From NCBI GenBank assembly GCA_951406725.2, contig OX597830.1:20274001-20338000 (forward strand): a stretch of 64,000 nt of DNA, written 5' to 3'. The notes beneath the pieces were generated by a model. It ran no database searches. It saw nothing but the letters and a program-made list of their open reading frames with translations, and was not told the DNA's origin. Position 1 is the stretch's first letter. Each line of letters begins with the position of its first letter. Source of the DNA: Octopus vulgaris. Lineage: Eukaryota. Position numbers and translations under genes: made by a program. Below, one piece after another: positions 38,939-54,139 of the stretch.

Positions 38939-39345
38939 ACTCTTTTACTCTTTTACTCTTTTATTTGTTTCAGTCATTTGACTGCGGCCATGCTGGAGCA
39001 CCACCTTTAATCGAGCAACTCGACCCTGGGACTTATTCTTTGTAAGCGCAGTACTTATTCTATCGGTCTGTTTTGCCGAACCGCTAAGTGACGGGGATAT
39101 AAATACACCAGCATCGGTTGTCAAGCAATGCTAGGGGGACAAACACAGACATACAAACACACACGCACATATAATATATACATATATACGACGGGCTTTT
39201 TTCAGTTTCCGTCTACCAAATCCGCTCACAAGGCTTTGGTCGGCCCGAGGCTATAGTAGAAGACACTTGCCCAAGGTGCCACGCAGTGGGACTGAACCCG
39301 GAACCATGCGGTTGGTAAGCAAGCTACTTACCACACAGCCACTGC
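38939..39345 (-). mobile_element. SINE family B, near full length
   Basis: Head GTGGCTGTGTGGTAAG..GGTTCAGTCCC, CORE-like GTGGCACCTTGGGCAAGTGTCTT, (GTAAAAGA)n tail. Confidence 0.9.
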
Positions 39346-39611
39346 TGGCACAAAACATATCTTCATTATGTTACTAAAAGTTGAATAAAGGAACATAATC
39401 ATATTTTTAAAATGCTATTGTTATAAAAGACGTTAGATACGTCTTTATCTGAATATAAAACACATGCCTTCTGCAGTTTAGAGATTCTATGTAATTATAT
39501 ATATGAATATCAAGGAGTATTTCCGTTATGCAAGGCGTTTAGCAAAGAGCTCCATAAAAAAGAGGCAAAAACAAGTTTAATTGGGTAATTAAATTATATA
39601 ATAATAATAAA

Positions 39612-40144
39612 TGCGCCCTTTTAAAGCCTAGCCAGGCTCATGGGCCCGGTTTCCCGGTTTCAGTGGCGTATGTGTTCCCCAGCTGGACGTGCAAGTGGCT
39701 GAGCACTCCACAAACATGTGTATCCCTTAACGTAGTTCTTGAGGTATTTCAGCGTGACACAGAGTGTGACAAGGCTGGCCCCTTGAAATACAGGTACAAC
39801 AGAAACAGGAAGAAACAGTGAGAGAAAGTTGTGGTGAAAGAGTACAGCAGGGTTCTTCACCCCCACCCCCTACCTGAGCCTCGTAGAGCTTTAGGTGTTT
39901 TCGCTCAATAAACACTCACAACACCCAGTCTGGGAATCGAAACCACTGGGCAATTGTGCCTCCAACTATTACGGATAAATTAGGCGTAGGAGTGGCTGTG
40001 TGGTAAGGAGGTTGCTTACCAACCACATGATTCCGGGTTCAGTCTCACTGCGTGGCACCTTGGGCAAGTGTCTTCTACTATAGCCTCGGGCCGACTAACG
40101 CCTTGTGAGTGGATTTGGGAGACGAAAACTGAAAGAAGCCCGTC

Positions 40145-40196
<52 letters not shown>

Positions 40197-40463
40197 TTAT
40201 TTATTTATTTATACACACATATATATGCATGTATTTGTGTATACGTTTGTGTGTCTTTTTGTGCCAACCAACATTGTTTGACAACCGATGCTGGTGTGTT
40301 TACGTCCCTGTAACTTAACGGTTCGGCAAAAGGAACCGATAGAATAAGTGCTAGGCTTACAAAGAATAAGTCCTGGGTCGATTTGCTCGACTAAAGGCGG
40401 TGCTCAAGCATGGCCGCAGTCAAATGACTGATTATCCCAAATTAATTAATTTCACCCTATATT

Positions 40464-40516
<53 letters not shown>

Positions 40517-41560
40517 TTGTGTATACGTTTGTGTGTCTGTGTTTGTCCCACTAACATTGCTTGACAACCGATGCTGGTGTGTTTACGTCCCTGTAACTTA
40601 ACTGTTCGGCAAAAGGAACCGATAGAATAAGTGCTAGGCTTACAAAGAATAAGTTGTGGGTCGATTTGCTCGACTAAAGGCGGTGCTCCAGCATGGCCGC
40701 AGTCAAATGACTGAAACAAGTAAAAGAGTAAATATTTATTTCTTTATTGCCCACAGGGGTAGGGGTTAAACATAGAGTGGACTAACAAGGACAGACAAAG
40801 GGCTTAAGTCGATTATATCGACCCCTGAGCGTAACTAGTACTTATTTAATCGACCCCAAAAGGATGAAAGGCAAAGTCAACCTTGGCGGAATTTGATCTG
40901 AGAACGTAACGGCAGACGAAATAGTGATAAGCATTTCGCCCGGCGTGCTAACGATTCTGCCAGCTCACCGCCTTTTTAATCAAATATTATAAGGAATTGT
41001 ATTCAGAAAATTGCTGAAACATTTTATGCATTGTTGAAGTGTGAAGGCGTGTGGCTTAGTGGTTAGGGCATTCGGGTCACAATCGCATGGTTGTGAGTTC
41101 GATCCCTGCCGGTGCATTGTATCCTTGATCAAGACAATTTATTTCACGTTACTCCGATCTACTCAGCTGGCGGAAATGAGTAGGACTTGCATTTCAAGGA
41201 GCCCGCCTTGTCACATTCTGTGTCTCACTGAATCTCTCTAAGAACTAAATTAAGGGTATTTATGTCTGTGGAATACTCAGCCACTTAGACGTTAATTTCA
41301 CAAGCAGGCTGTTCCGTTGATTGGATCAACTGGAACCCTCGTCGTCGTAACCGACGGAGTGCCTCTTTTGTAGAAGTATAAGCAATTTATTTGAAAGACT
41401 AGCGCGTGGCATGATGGTTATGGTATTGCACTCGCGATCGTGTGGTAGGGGTTTCGATTCCCGGACCAGGCGTTCTGTTGTGTTCTTGAGCAAAACACTT
41501 CATTTCAAGTTGTTCTAGTTCACTCAACACTAGATATGTAACATTGTGACAGATTGGCGA
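39612..41560. mobile_element. SINE cluster: C(-) 39612-39950, B(+) 39982-40730 with duplicated 3' half, A(-) 40738-40974, D(+) 41040-41365 and 41400-41560
   Basis: Family-diagnostic heads and tails shared with other copies in the window. Confidence 0.85.
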
Positions 41561-41846
41561 ACAAGGGTGAGATGTTGACCCTAGGTGAGATGTTGACCCA
41601 AATTGAACAAGGGGGAGATGATGTCTTGCGTGCCACGTTTTGTACTCAGCGATCGAAATGATGACTAGTGTAACCTGTATTGTGAATCCCGACTGACTGG
41701 GATTAGTTGTTCAACAACATCGAATGAATGAATGAATGAATGAATGAATGAATGAATGAATGGATGAAGGAATGAAAGACCAGCTGAGAATTAGAAACCA
41801 CTTTCAGTTAACGGATCCAAACGAGGCTTGACATCGAGAATGATAT

Positions 41847-42004
41847 TATGCATTACATAAAAAGTAAAGTGATTTGTTACAGATGGCCACATGTTCAGCT
41901 CTGAATTGGCTTATCAAACAAATGAATTATTCATTTGAAAAGCTCAGGCACAGCGAAACATATGGCCATCTGTAACGAATCACTTTATTTAATGTAATAT
42001 ACAT
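41847..42004. repeat. ~155-bp imperfect palindrome
   Basis: AAAGTGATTTGTTACAGATGGCCACATGTT pairs with AACATATGGCCATCTGTAACGAATCACTTT. Central CAAATGAAT-T-ATTCATTTG. Confidence 0.85.
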
Positions 42005-42344
42005 ATATATTTATGTGTGTATGTGTGTATGTGTGTGTATGCGTATATGTGTGTGTGGTGTGTGTGTGTACACTTACAGATCACTCCTCTCATTTATATA
42101 TGATCATATAACATGACGAGGATGAGAGAACTAAAGTAAAATGTCCAGGAAGGATATATGATGTGTGTTTGCGAAATGTATAAGCATGTTACTTGCGTGC
42201 GTATGTATATGATTGTGTATGTGATATGATGCGTGTGTTTATATGCGTGTGTGTGTATATATATATGTGAATGTTTGTGTATGTTTATATTTATGTGTGT
42301 ATGTCCACATTATATTATTTATGCACACATCTTTGTGAATATTT

Positions 42345-42377
<33 letters not shown>

Positions 42378-42849
42378 TGTGTGTGTCCAAATGCGTACGT
42401 GTTTGCTTGTATGTTTATGTCTGTATGTGTGAGTGTATGTGTGTGCTTTTGTGTTTTTTTGATATGTGTACGTATGTAGCATGGGATGTGAGTGACACAC
42501 ACACATACATACACACACGTAAACACACACATAAGCACACACACACACATACATACAGAGAGAGAAAGAGAGAATATGAAGAAGTGGTAAGTTCTTATGT
42601 ATATATGTCAGTTTGTGCCTGTTTGGTTGTATGTGTATGCGTATGTGTACGATGTGTATGCATGTGCATTTCTACTTGTATGTGTACGAATGTGACATCG
42701 TGTGTGTATGTGTGTGTGTGTGTGTGTGTGAGTGAAATGCTGTTGTTTCGTCGGCCATTTTGTTCTATTGCAGATAATCGCCATATTATATGACAGAAAT
42801 ATTCATTAGCCCCTGGGGAGATGAAACATAAAAAAGGTATGTTTTATCT

Positions 42850-44356
42850 CAGCTACCACCACCACCACAACCATGACCACCACCACCACCACCACTACTA
42901 TCACCACCACCACCACCACGATCACCACCGCAACAACCATTACCACCATCTGCGTCACAACCACCACCACCACCATCACCACCACTACCACCACCACCAC
43001 CACCACCACAACCACTACTAATTCTGCATCCCCACTACCACTATCATCATTCCTATCCTATCACCATTGCAACCATCGCTAGCACCACAAACACTACAAC
43101 CATAACCACCACCAACACCACAACCACCACCATCAACACACATCAACATTATAACTATTATCATCACCGCTACCACAACCGACACAACCAAAACTACCAC
43201 CTACACTAGCACCTTACCTCTACAACTATTACTGTTTTTAACACTACCACCACAACCATCAACATCATCACTATGAACATAATCACAACCAGCACCACTA
43301 AGACTACCGCCTAAACTACCACTAATGGTACCACTACTACTACAAACATCACTATTGCCATCAGCACTACCGCCAATACTAATATTACTACCACTAGTAC
43401 TACCATCGCCATCACAACAACAAACCATCGCTACCACCACCGTTACAACATCACCACTCCCTCCTTACACCATCTCAACAACCACTACTACCACTACCAC
43501 CACCGGTACTATCACAACTACTACTATCACTAGCATTACCACGACCACCGCCACTAACTCCGTCCCAACAGTTATTAGTATCGTCACCATGACCATCACT
43601 AGTGAAACTGACTTTACTGCTATAGCCATTAATACCATCACTACTGACACCAATACCACTATTATAATCAAATGCATCTTACCACGGTATATTCGACCAC
43701 CAGCGCTAGAAGGAACACCACCACCGCCACAGCCAACATCGCCGCCACTACTACGACCTGAACCACCGGCAATACTTATACCAATACCCACGCCACCACA
43801 ACAATTATACCACCACCCCTGTCACCGTTACCATCGCAACTACAACCTTCACTTTCATCACCATCACAGCCATCACTATCACCATCATCACCACCGTTAT
43901 CATACCGCCACCAGCGTCACCTGCTTCACCGGCACCATCACTGCCATCAAACACCATCGCCATCACCACCATCACCACCAGCAATACCATCACTACTACC
44001 ACCAACACGTCCGGCATCACTACCACCACCATAACTCCCCCACTATCACCATCCGTCGCCACGCTTACCAACACTGCTACCATCACCACTACCACCACCA
44101 CAACCATCATCATTACCACCACGAAAATCACCACCACCACCACCACCATTGCAATTACTGCAACTACCACCGTAACTATCACATATACTATAGCATATAC
44201 CACCATCACCACAGCCAATACAATTACGACCACTTTTACCTATAGCCGTGGTACCGTCATACTACCACCACTACCACCACTACCACCACCATCACCACCA
44301 TTATCACACCGCCACCAGCATCACTGCCATCAGACACACACACAAACACACATACA

Positions 44357-44399
<43 letters not shown>

Positions 44400-45202
44400 A
44401 CACTGAAATACAGAAACACACACATGCACACACTTCCGGTGGATTTTACTGCCTGGTATAGATTAAGAGAACAGGTAAAGATAAGCTGATCCACACACAG
44501 AGAGTCACATACACACACACACACACGCACGCATACACTTGTACACAAACATGCTTTATACACACACATACATATACACATACATACACACGCTTGCACA
44601 AGTACATACAAACATATATATAAACATACACGAACATGCCTACACATGCATACACATGCGTGTATCAACACACAGACACACACACACATATATATACCCG
44701 TTCACAGACACACATGCAACTGCAAAACTATGCATACACACACACGCAGACACACACACACACACACACACACAAGCACACGACACAGATATACAAATAC
44801 ATACCTATACGCCCTAAAACATGCGTAAACTTAACACTGATGTATACACATGCATACATACATACATACATACATACATACATACATACATACATACATA
44901 CATACATACATGCATGCATACATACATACATACATACATACATACATACATACATACATACATACATACATACATGCATACATACATACATACATACATA
45001 CATACATACATGCATACATACATGAAGAGATACATACAGACATGCATATATACATACACGCATGCATACATGCATACATTCATACATACATGCATATATC
45101 AATGTGCATAATATATATATACATATTTATACATACATATCATACATATATATTAAATATTCATATTTATACTTTCATAGCTTACATATGCACACATATG
45201 CA

Positions 45203-45236
<34 letters not shown>

Positions 45237-46252
45237 AATACATACATGCATACACAGATTCAGCATACATACATATTTAGTTCCACACACAGTCACCTGT
45301 ACACAATCATAAACATATGCATACACACACAAATACACGCACACACGCATACACACACACACATACACACATACACACACACACATATATATATATATAT
45401 ACACAAAGTATGTACACATGTACATAACTACTCACTCTTACACATAAGTTCATGTGTATACACACATGTTCAGTTACACACGTACATACACACACAGAGT
45501 CGACGCACACATGCACATATGCACAAGCAAGCGCATACTCACACACACATAAGCAGAGTGTATATACAACCACATACGCACACACATACATGGACTGACG
45601 CATTATTATACACACGTTATCCTATGACCAGACCTGTATCCAATTGCATACGTGCACATACATATTGCATACACACACATAAACGCAAACATGCATGCAC
45701 ACACACATGCACACATACACACACATACTCAAGAACACACACACGCACACACACACTCGTACCCATACGCTCACTTACGTGTAAAAACACACATTCGTAA
45801 AAACACACATTCGCAAGCACTTCTCCATCACAACACCACCGCCACCACCACCACTCCACCACCACCACCACCACCACCACCTCTGCATTGTCACTACCAT
45901 CGCCATCACCTCCGCCGCAACCATCACCACAACCACTACAACCATCACCACCAACACATATACGGAAACATACCCATGTATATATATATTTATATATATA
46001 CATATTCTTTTGTTTCAGTCATTTCACTGTGGCCATGCTGGAGCACCGCCTTTAGTCGAGTATACACTGCATAAACACAACCCCACACGTTCATACATTG
46101 ACACACACATACACGTATACACACATACACACACAGAGAGGCACACATTTGCACATAGACATCATAAACGTATATTCATAGAAGCAACATAACATACACA
46201 CATGTACACGCACGCAGTTACACACGCACATGCACAAAGACATAAAGACACA

Positions 46253-46289
<37 letters not shown>

Positions 46290-46955
46290 ACGCACTCAAA
46301 CATGTATCCCCACTCGCATGCATACTCATTCATACACACACACACACACATACGAATTCACACACACACACACACACATACAAGTCACACACGCAAACAA
46401 TAGCATATACAAACAGCAAAGTACACATACGCACACACATAGAAGCACAATACACACTCACATGCACACACTCACACGTACACATGTACACGATTACATT
46501 CAAAATTACATACATATATATATATATATATATACACTGAAACACATAACCACACACATAACATACACATATACATACATATACACACACTCAAACACAG
46601 CCACACTCATATACATAAACGCCAACACAGATACATCTACAAAACAATGAATAACAATGACCCTTCCTTTTTTGTGGAAGAGATAAATGTTTTGGGTTTT
46701 TTGGTAAAAAAATAAAAACAAAAAAAAGCATAAACGGAACATCAACACAGCTACACACATACATATACATACACAAATATGCATATAGATATATAGGAAC
46801 GTCCACGCATCATCCACATTCGCTTACACAATCCCATAATCCTCTCCCGGTGTCCCCGACATCCGCCATCACCCCGAAAGGTTTTAGTATACATGAAAAG
46901 CAAGCAGTAGGACAACAGCCCTAAAAAAGCACAACAAATAAACAAATAAAACATA

Positions 46956-46991
<36 letters not shown>

Positions 46992-47256
46992 TGTATGTAT
47001 GTATGTATGTATGTATGCATGTATGTATGTATACATAGATACATATACTTCTTTGTGTGTGAGTATATATATATGCTTATGTATATTTATATATGGATTA
47101 TATATGGAAACACCTCATATATATATATACACATAGGTAGGCATATATATATGTATTATATGTGTGTCGGTGTATATGGATATATATATGTGTGCATACG
47201 TGTAAATATGGATAAGTATATATACGTATCAATTATTGGACACTGGCATACATATA

Positions 47257-47299
<43 letters not shown>

Positions 47300-47429
47300 T
47301 TATATATATATGTATACGTGTATGTGTGTATGTATATATATATATATGTGTGCATGTATGTATATATATATATATATAGATATAGTTTCCTTCTTGCACA
47401 GCGCATCCAAATACAATCTTGTAAGCATC

Positions 47430-47479
<50 letters not shown>

Positions 47480-47598
47480 TATATATATATATATACACAC
47501 ACGCATACGTGAACACACACATGTAAATATACATATATTTAGTGTTTATATATGCATGGTTACATACGTACACACACGCATATGTATATATGCATACC

Positions 47599-47667
<69 letters not shown>

Positions 47668-48120
47668 GTGTATTTTTATGTGTTCTATGTGTATTTTTAT
47701 GTACAAATATACATATGCATGCCCTTGTATACAAATATATGACAGATAAATCCCCAAAATTGCAAGAACAATATCAACAACAGAAAGAAAATAGATAAAA
47801 AAAAACAACATATATATTAAACGTAATATATAGATGGAAACAAATAAATAAATAAAATAAAGCATATCATCTCCCCTTATAAGGAAAACCAAATTTAGGT
47901 GTGCAATGAGTCGGAAAAACAGTTACACATCAGCGTCGACACGCCATGTTCATATACAGGAGAGAGAGAAGCGTTTGGACTTACGCATGCGCACACACAT
48001 ACACACTGCACATCACCTCCATAAACAGAGACGACATTATCATCATAGCATGGAGCTTTACAAGCGAGCGTTATATAACAGTGAGTGCGCGTGTGTGCGT
48101 GTATGTGTAGGTGTGCGCGC

Positions 48121-48179
<59 letters not shown>

Positions 48180-48322
48180 ATGTGTGTGTGTGTGTGTAGA
48201 TATGTGTATATATGTATATATATATATATATATATGCGTGCGTGTGTGTCTGCGTAAATTCATTTATATATACGAATATATACAAACGTATGTGTATGTG
48301 TAGATATAAATTTATCTATATA

Positions 48323-48376
<54 letters not shown>

Positions 48377-48469
48377 ATGCGTGTATATTTAAACATATAT
48401 ATACATATTTATATAAATGCATGTTTGTATTTATATATTAAACATGTATAGGAAATATATACATATACA

Positions 48470-48515
<46 letters not shown>

Positions 48516-48540
48516 CATACATATATATGTGTATCTAAAT

Positions 48541-48591
<51 letters not shown>

Positions 48592-48688
48592 TAATAAAGG
48601 TATGCACATATTCATACGCACAGATACACGGTGTACTTGTATGCCTCTGTGTTCCTGTAAGCAAGTGTTTGTGTCTGTGAGGAATGTG

Positions 48689-48729
<41 letters not shown>

Positions 48730-48736
48730 CATATAT

Positions 48737-48767
<31 letters not shown>

Positions 48768-49073
48768 TGTACGTATGTATAAGAAAGAACGCGTAAAATA
48801 AGAGTAAAATAGCTGGAATCCCCACCAAATAACAAGCAATAAACAGTGATAAAAAGCGTAAAGAGGGACGAAAAGAAAATTAATAAAATGGTGCTCGCGC
48901 GGAAATACGTTGGTGATAAGGAGCCGAGCATGAAAGGGTCAATTGCTGCTTGAGGTGTTGGCGATGATATGATAATCATAATAATAATAGTAATGGTAAT
49001 AATAATAATAGTAATAATAATAATAATAATAATGATAATAATAATAGTAATAATAATAATAATAATAATAATG

Positions 49074-49123
<50 letters not shown>

Positions 49124-49183
49124 TACAATTATCATAAATAATCATAATCATAAGGATAATAACTATAACGATTTCTGGTTTTA

Positions 49184-49253
<70 letters not shown>

Positions 49254-49308
49254 CATATATATGTGTATCTAAATAGGTATATATATATATATACATATAT
49301 ATATGCAT

Positions 49309-49362
<54 letters not shown>

Positions 49363-49407
49363 TCATACACATATATGTGTATCTAAATAGACTTATACAT
49401 ATGTACG

Positions 49408-49459
<52 letters not shown>

Positions 49460-50359
49460 GTATATATATGTACATATGTATATATATATGTGTGTATGTA
49501 TATATATATATATGTATATATTTATGTATGTATATACACATAAATATACGTGTCTATGAATAATAGCAGTAATAGTTTCTTACATAATAATGATAATAAC
49601 GAAATAATATTAATATAAATGCTAATAACAACAACAACAACAACAGCAACAACAACAATACGAAGAAGAATGTGACGGTGGTATGGGTGATGGTGATGGT
49701 GATGATGATGATGAGAAGGAAGAGAAGGTGGAGGAGGAGGAGGCAGAGGTGGGGAGGAAGAGGGTGAAGATGAAGAAGACTAACACCTTCTCAATCCTTA
49801 ATTCATTGCAAGGTAACAACATCAACAATAACAACGAGTGCAGGAACAAGAATAACAACAACAACAACAAAAATAACAGCAGCAGTAGCCGCAGCAGCAG
49901 CAACAGAAATAACAAAATTTACTAAAAAAAAACTTGCTCAACAAAATATTACAATGTTAAGAAATATTTATAAACAATTAAATCAAGTGATGTACTTGTT
50001 GTTGTTGCTGGTGTTGGTGTTGGTGTTGTTGGACAGCAACGGCGGAGGCGGTGGTGGTGGTGGTGGTGGTGGTGTTGGTGGTGGTGGTGTTGGTGGTGGT
50101 GATGGTGTTGTGGTTGTTGTTGTTGGTGGTGGTGGTGTTGATGGTGTTGGTGGTGGTGGTGGTGGTGGTGGTGGTGGTGGTGGTGGTGGTGTTGGTGATG
50201 TTGGTGATGGTGGTGGTAGTGGTGGTGATGGTGGTGGTGGTGGTGTTGGTGATAGTGGTGGTGTTGGTGATAGTGGTGGTAGTGGTGGTGATGGTGGTGG
50301 TGGTGGTGGTGGTGGTGTTGATGGTGTTGGTGGTGTTGGTGGTGTTGGTGGTGTTGTTG

Positions 50360-50391
<32 letters not shown>

Positions 50392-50422
50392 GGTGGTGGT
50401 GGCGGTGCTTGTGGTGGTGTTG

Positions 50423-50454
<32 letters not shown>

Positions 50455-51420
50455 GGTGGTAGTGATGGTGGTGGTCGTCGTCGTCGTTGTCGTAGTGGTT
50501 GTGTTGGTGCTGGTGGTGCTGGTGGTAATGGCGGCGACGGTGCTGGTGTTGTTGTTGGTTAGCAAATTTATGATTTAAAGCATCCCACCCGTGACCACCT
50601 CGTCTTTGTTTTGCTTCCACCCCACCCCCACACCCTACGTGCAAGAACACCGGGTCTAAATTATTCAAAAAAACCTTCATTTCTGAAGTTGGCGAGGTTG
50701 TAATTCGAGTTAGATTTGGCTACTATGTTTAGCAAGTTGAGCTACCAAATTAAGGTTTCCCCCGATGGTTGCACTTGAAAAGGTCATAATGGCGGTGGTG
50801 GAGATGGTGATGGTTGCGGTGGTGATCATCGTGGCGATGGTGATAGTGATGGTGATGATACTGGTGGAGGAGTTGATGGTAGTGATGGTGATGGTGGTGG
50901 TGGTGTCGAGGGAGGTGGTGGTGGTGGTGGTGGTGGTAGGGATGGTGGTGGTGATGATGGTGATGGTAGTAATAACGGTGGTGATAGTGGTGATGATGAT
51001 GGTGATGGTGGTGGTGATGATGGTGATGGTGATAGTGATGATGGTGGTGGTTTTGGTGGTGGTGGTGGTGGGGATGGTGGTGGTGATGATGGTGATGGTA
51101 GTGATAACGGTGATGATGGTGATGTTGGTGGTGATGATGGTGATGGTGGTGGTGATGATGGTGGTGATGGTGGTGGTGATGGTGGTGGTGGTCATATTGG
51201 TAATGGTGATGGTGGTGGTCATATTGGTGATGGTATTGGTGGTGGAGTTGATGGTAGTGATGATGATGATGATGGTGGTGAAGGTGGTAGTGGTAATGGT
51301 GGTGGTGGTCGTCGTCGTCATGATATAATGCATTTTGAGCCATTCATATTGTTGCTGCTGTTATTGTTGTTGTTGTTGTTAGTGGTGGTGGTGGTGATGG
51401 TGGTATAGTGGTGGTGGTCC
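42850..51420. repeat. Large simple-repeat domain: (ACC/ATC)n, (AC)n, (ATAC)n, (TA)n, (AAT)n, (GGT/GAT)n
   Basis: Seen directly. Only short unique islands. Confidence 0.9.
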
Positions 51421-52084
51421 TGTGACTATATATATATATATAGATAGGAATATGACAGAGCTGTTAGTGCCAAGGTATTGGGAGTGGGACGGGGTGGAGG
51501 CGGACAAGGGTGGTGGAGTGGGGTTAGTATATGGTGACGGCAAGGAATGTTACAGGGCCCTCACGTGCACTCACACGACACACACACACACAAACACATA
51601 CACACACACCCTCTTCAGCCACCTATCTCATCACCCCACCCCACCCGACGTCCACCTACCCCTCACCCCCACCCCCAACACAAAAAAACCCATCCAGTCT
51701 CTCTCAGAAAACGATACATACATGATGGAAGACACTTTCAATTATGAACCGAAATTACGAATCGTAGATTTCAATTAAGATTCACAGAACATCACACGTG
51801 TGCCATTCGAACACCCGAACACCCGCCCCACGCCCCACGCGCCGCATCGCGTCACACCACCCCACGCCAAGCTGCACATTACGCCACATCACACTTATCT
51901 AGGTCCTTCCCTTCCAGCAGCAACAACAAACAAAACAAAATCAACATAAAAAAAAAAACCGAAAAAATTCACACCAAATTCCACCCCGACACGCCATGCG
52001 ACGCCACGCCCGACCCTACCCCGCAGTGTCCCTCCCGTGTAGACTGTACTCGTTATCATATTACATGCACCCACAATTCAATGA

Positions 52085-52900
52085 GGGTGTTTCTCCACGT
52101 GGTTGTTTGATCTGCTAGAAATAGCAGCCAAATCTATCTTAAAGCTATCTTAAATCGCCACCTACCGTCTTAAAGACTAATGACTTATTTACTAATGTGG
52201 GTTTATATGGATTAAAGTATTAACACTGATTGGTGGGGAAAAGATATATTAACGTGGATGCATTTATGTGGTCACTCGATCTTCTAGAAATAGCAGTCAA
52301 ATCTACCTTAAATGATGCCCTACCGTCTTAATAAGTAACGATATATCTGATAAAGTGGATTTATATGGATTAAGAAATAATACTGATTGGTGGAAATGGG
52401 AAAAGAAAGATGGATTTACAACGAGGATGCATCGACGTGGTTGTCTGATATGCTAGAAATAGCAGCCAAATCTACATTAAATCACACAAGCCACCGTCTT
52501 AAAGAATAAGACATAAGTAATAATGTGGATTTATATGGATTAAGGCGTTAACACTGATTGGTGGAGGTGGGGAGGAAAAAAGAAAGATGGTTTTATAACG
52601 AGGATGCATCGACGGGGTCACTCGATTTGCTAGAAATAGTAACTAAATCTACCGTCTTAAAGAGTGACAATATATTTGATGATATGGATTTTTATGGATT
52701 AAGACATTAACAGTGATTGATGGGGAACGAATAAAGAAAGCCGGCTTTACAATGAAGATGCATGCCTCTACATGGTTGTTCGAACTGCCAAAAATAGCAG
52801 CCAAATCTATCTTAAACATACCCTCCTGACTTAAAGAATAACGAGATATTCGATAATATGGATTTATGTGGATTTAGACACACCACTGATTGAGAAACAA
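52085..52900 (+). repeat. Tandem array of five ~165-180-bp units with a TGCTAGAAATAGCAGCCAAATCT motif
   Basis: Units start near 52100, 52269, 52438, 52614 and 52773. Each has CCGTCTTAA, GGATTTATATGGATTAAG and ACTGATTG-like blocks. Confidence 0.85.
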
Positions 52901-53780
52901 AAAGCAAAGAAAGATAAAAATAAACCCGAGATACTCAAGACTGGAACGTGTTTTCTCATAGGTTTTTTAGAAGAGGGCTCATTCGAAGTTAAACAATAAC
53001 AGCAACAACAAAGTACCAGTTTCGTACTGGGGTCGATATAATCGACTTAATGCGTTTGTCTGTCCTTGTTTGTCCCCTCTATGTTTAGCTCCTTGTGGAT
53101 AGTAAAGAAATATATATATATATACGCCTTACACTCTTTCTTATGGTTTATTCAGTCTTTTAGAATCCGACAGAATGGATTTTACTAAAGATTCCTCAAG
53201 ATTTTACAAAAAATTCCCCGGTGATAGAGTTACACCAAGTGACGTATTGAGCCTGGCATCTAAAGAAGACAATCGAGATTTTGGGCCTAATGCTTGCAGG
53301 TCACTCGTTAGTGTTAAACTGTGTGGCGATTAATCAATCTGCCAACCGTCTGACAATGAAAGCCTACTCGCCCTTCAATGTATTTACAATTGTGCACGGC
53401 CGTTAACATCCGAAACCATTTCAACTTCGCTTACATTGGTATCGAAGACGACTCCACGGAGAAACCAAAGAATTCTTATGAATATTCTGTATCTATGTAA
53501 TTATTTATGTTTTGTGTGTGCACCAGTGATTACGTATGTAATGAAGCCATGTTTTCCTGGTTTTGGTTTTCGAATTTCCCTTCTTTTCTAAGAATTTAGA
53601 CAGCATCAACAGAGTTTTTTTTGTTGGCACAGAATTCACATATCCACATTTTTGCCAGCGCCCACATGTATGTAAATGTGTGCATGACTACATGTGTATT
53701 TGCATACATGTGCGCATGCATACACACATGTACATGTTTACATGCATACATAAATTTATACAAGACTACTCTGTTGGTGT

Positions 53781-54135
53781 GGAGGCGCAATGGTCCAGTG
53801 GTTAGGGCATCGGACTCGTGGACATAGAACCGCGGTTTCGATTTCCAGACCGGGCGTTGTGAGTGTTTATTGAGCGAAAACACCTAAAACTCCACGAAGT
53901 GGCGAACCCTGCTGTACTCTTTCACCACAACTTTCTCTCACTCCTTCTTCCTGTTTCTGTTGTACCTGTAATTTAAAGGGCCAGCCTTGTCACGCTGAAT
54001 ATCACCGAGAACTACATTAAGGGTACACGTGTCTGTAGAGTGCTCAGCCACCACTTGCACGTTAATTTCACGAGCAGGCTGTTCCGTTGATCGGGCCAAC
54101 TGGAAACCTCGTCGTAAGCGACGGAGTGCCAACAA
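53781..54135 (+). mobile_element. SINE, family C head with family D-type tail
   Basis: GGAGGCGCAATGGTCCAGTGGTTAGGG..GGTTTCGATTTCC; ends GTCGTAAGCGACGGAGTGCCAAC. Confidence 0.85.
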
Positions 54136-54139
54136 AAAA

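Noticed and set aside
43325-44245. 306-aa Thr/Pro/His-rich ORF resembling cephalopod His-rich structural proteins
   Set aside because: Degenerate trinucleotide repeat. Composition switches with frame slips and there is no recognisable domain.
49949-51343. Gly-rich or His-rich ORFs (suckerin/beak-protein-like)
   Set aside because: Pure (GGT/GAT/GTT)n with overlapping ORFs in many frames and no modular motifs.
52112-52128. GCTAGAAATAGCA identical to part of the Cas9 sgRNA scaffold; array superficially CRISPR-like
   Set aside because: Only a 13-nt match. The sequences between motifs are homologous rather than unique spacers, there are no cas genes, and the context is eukaryotic.
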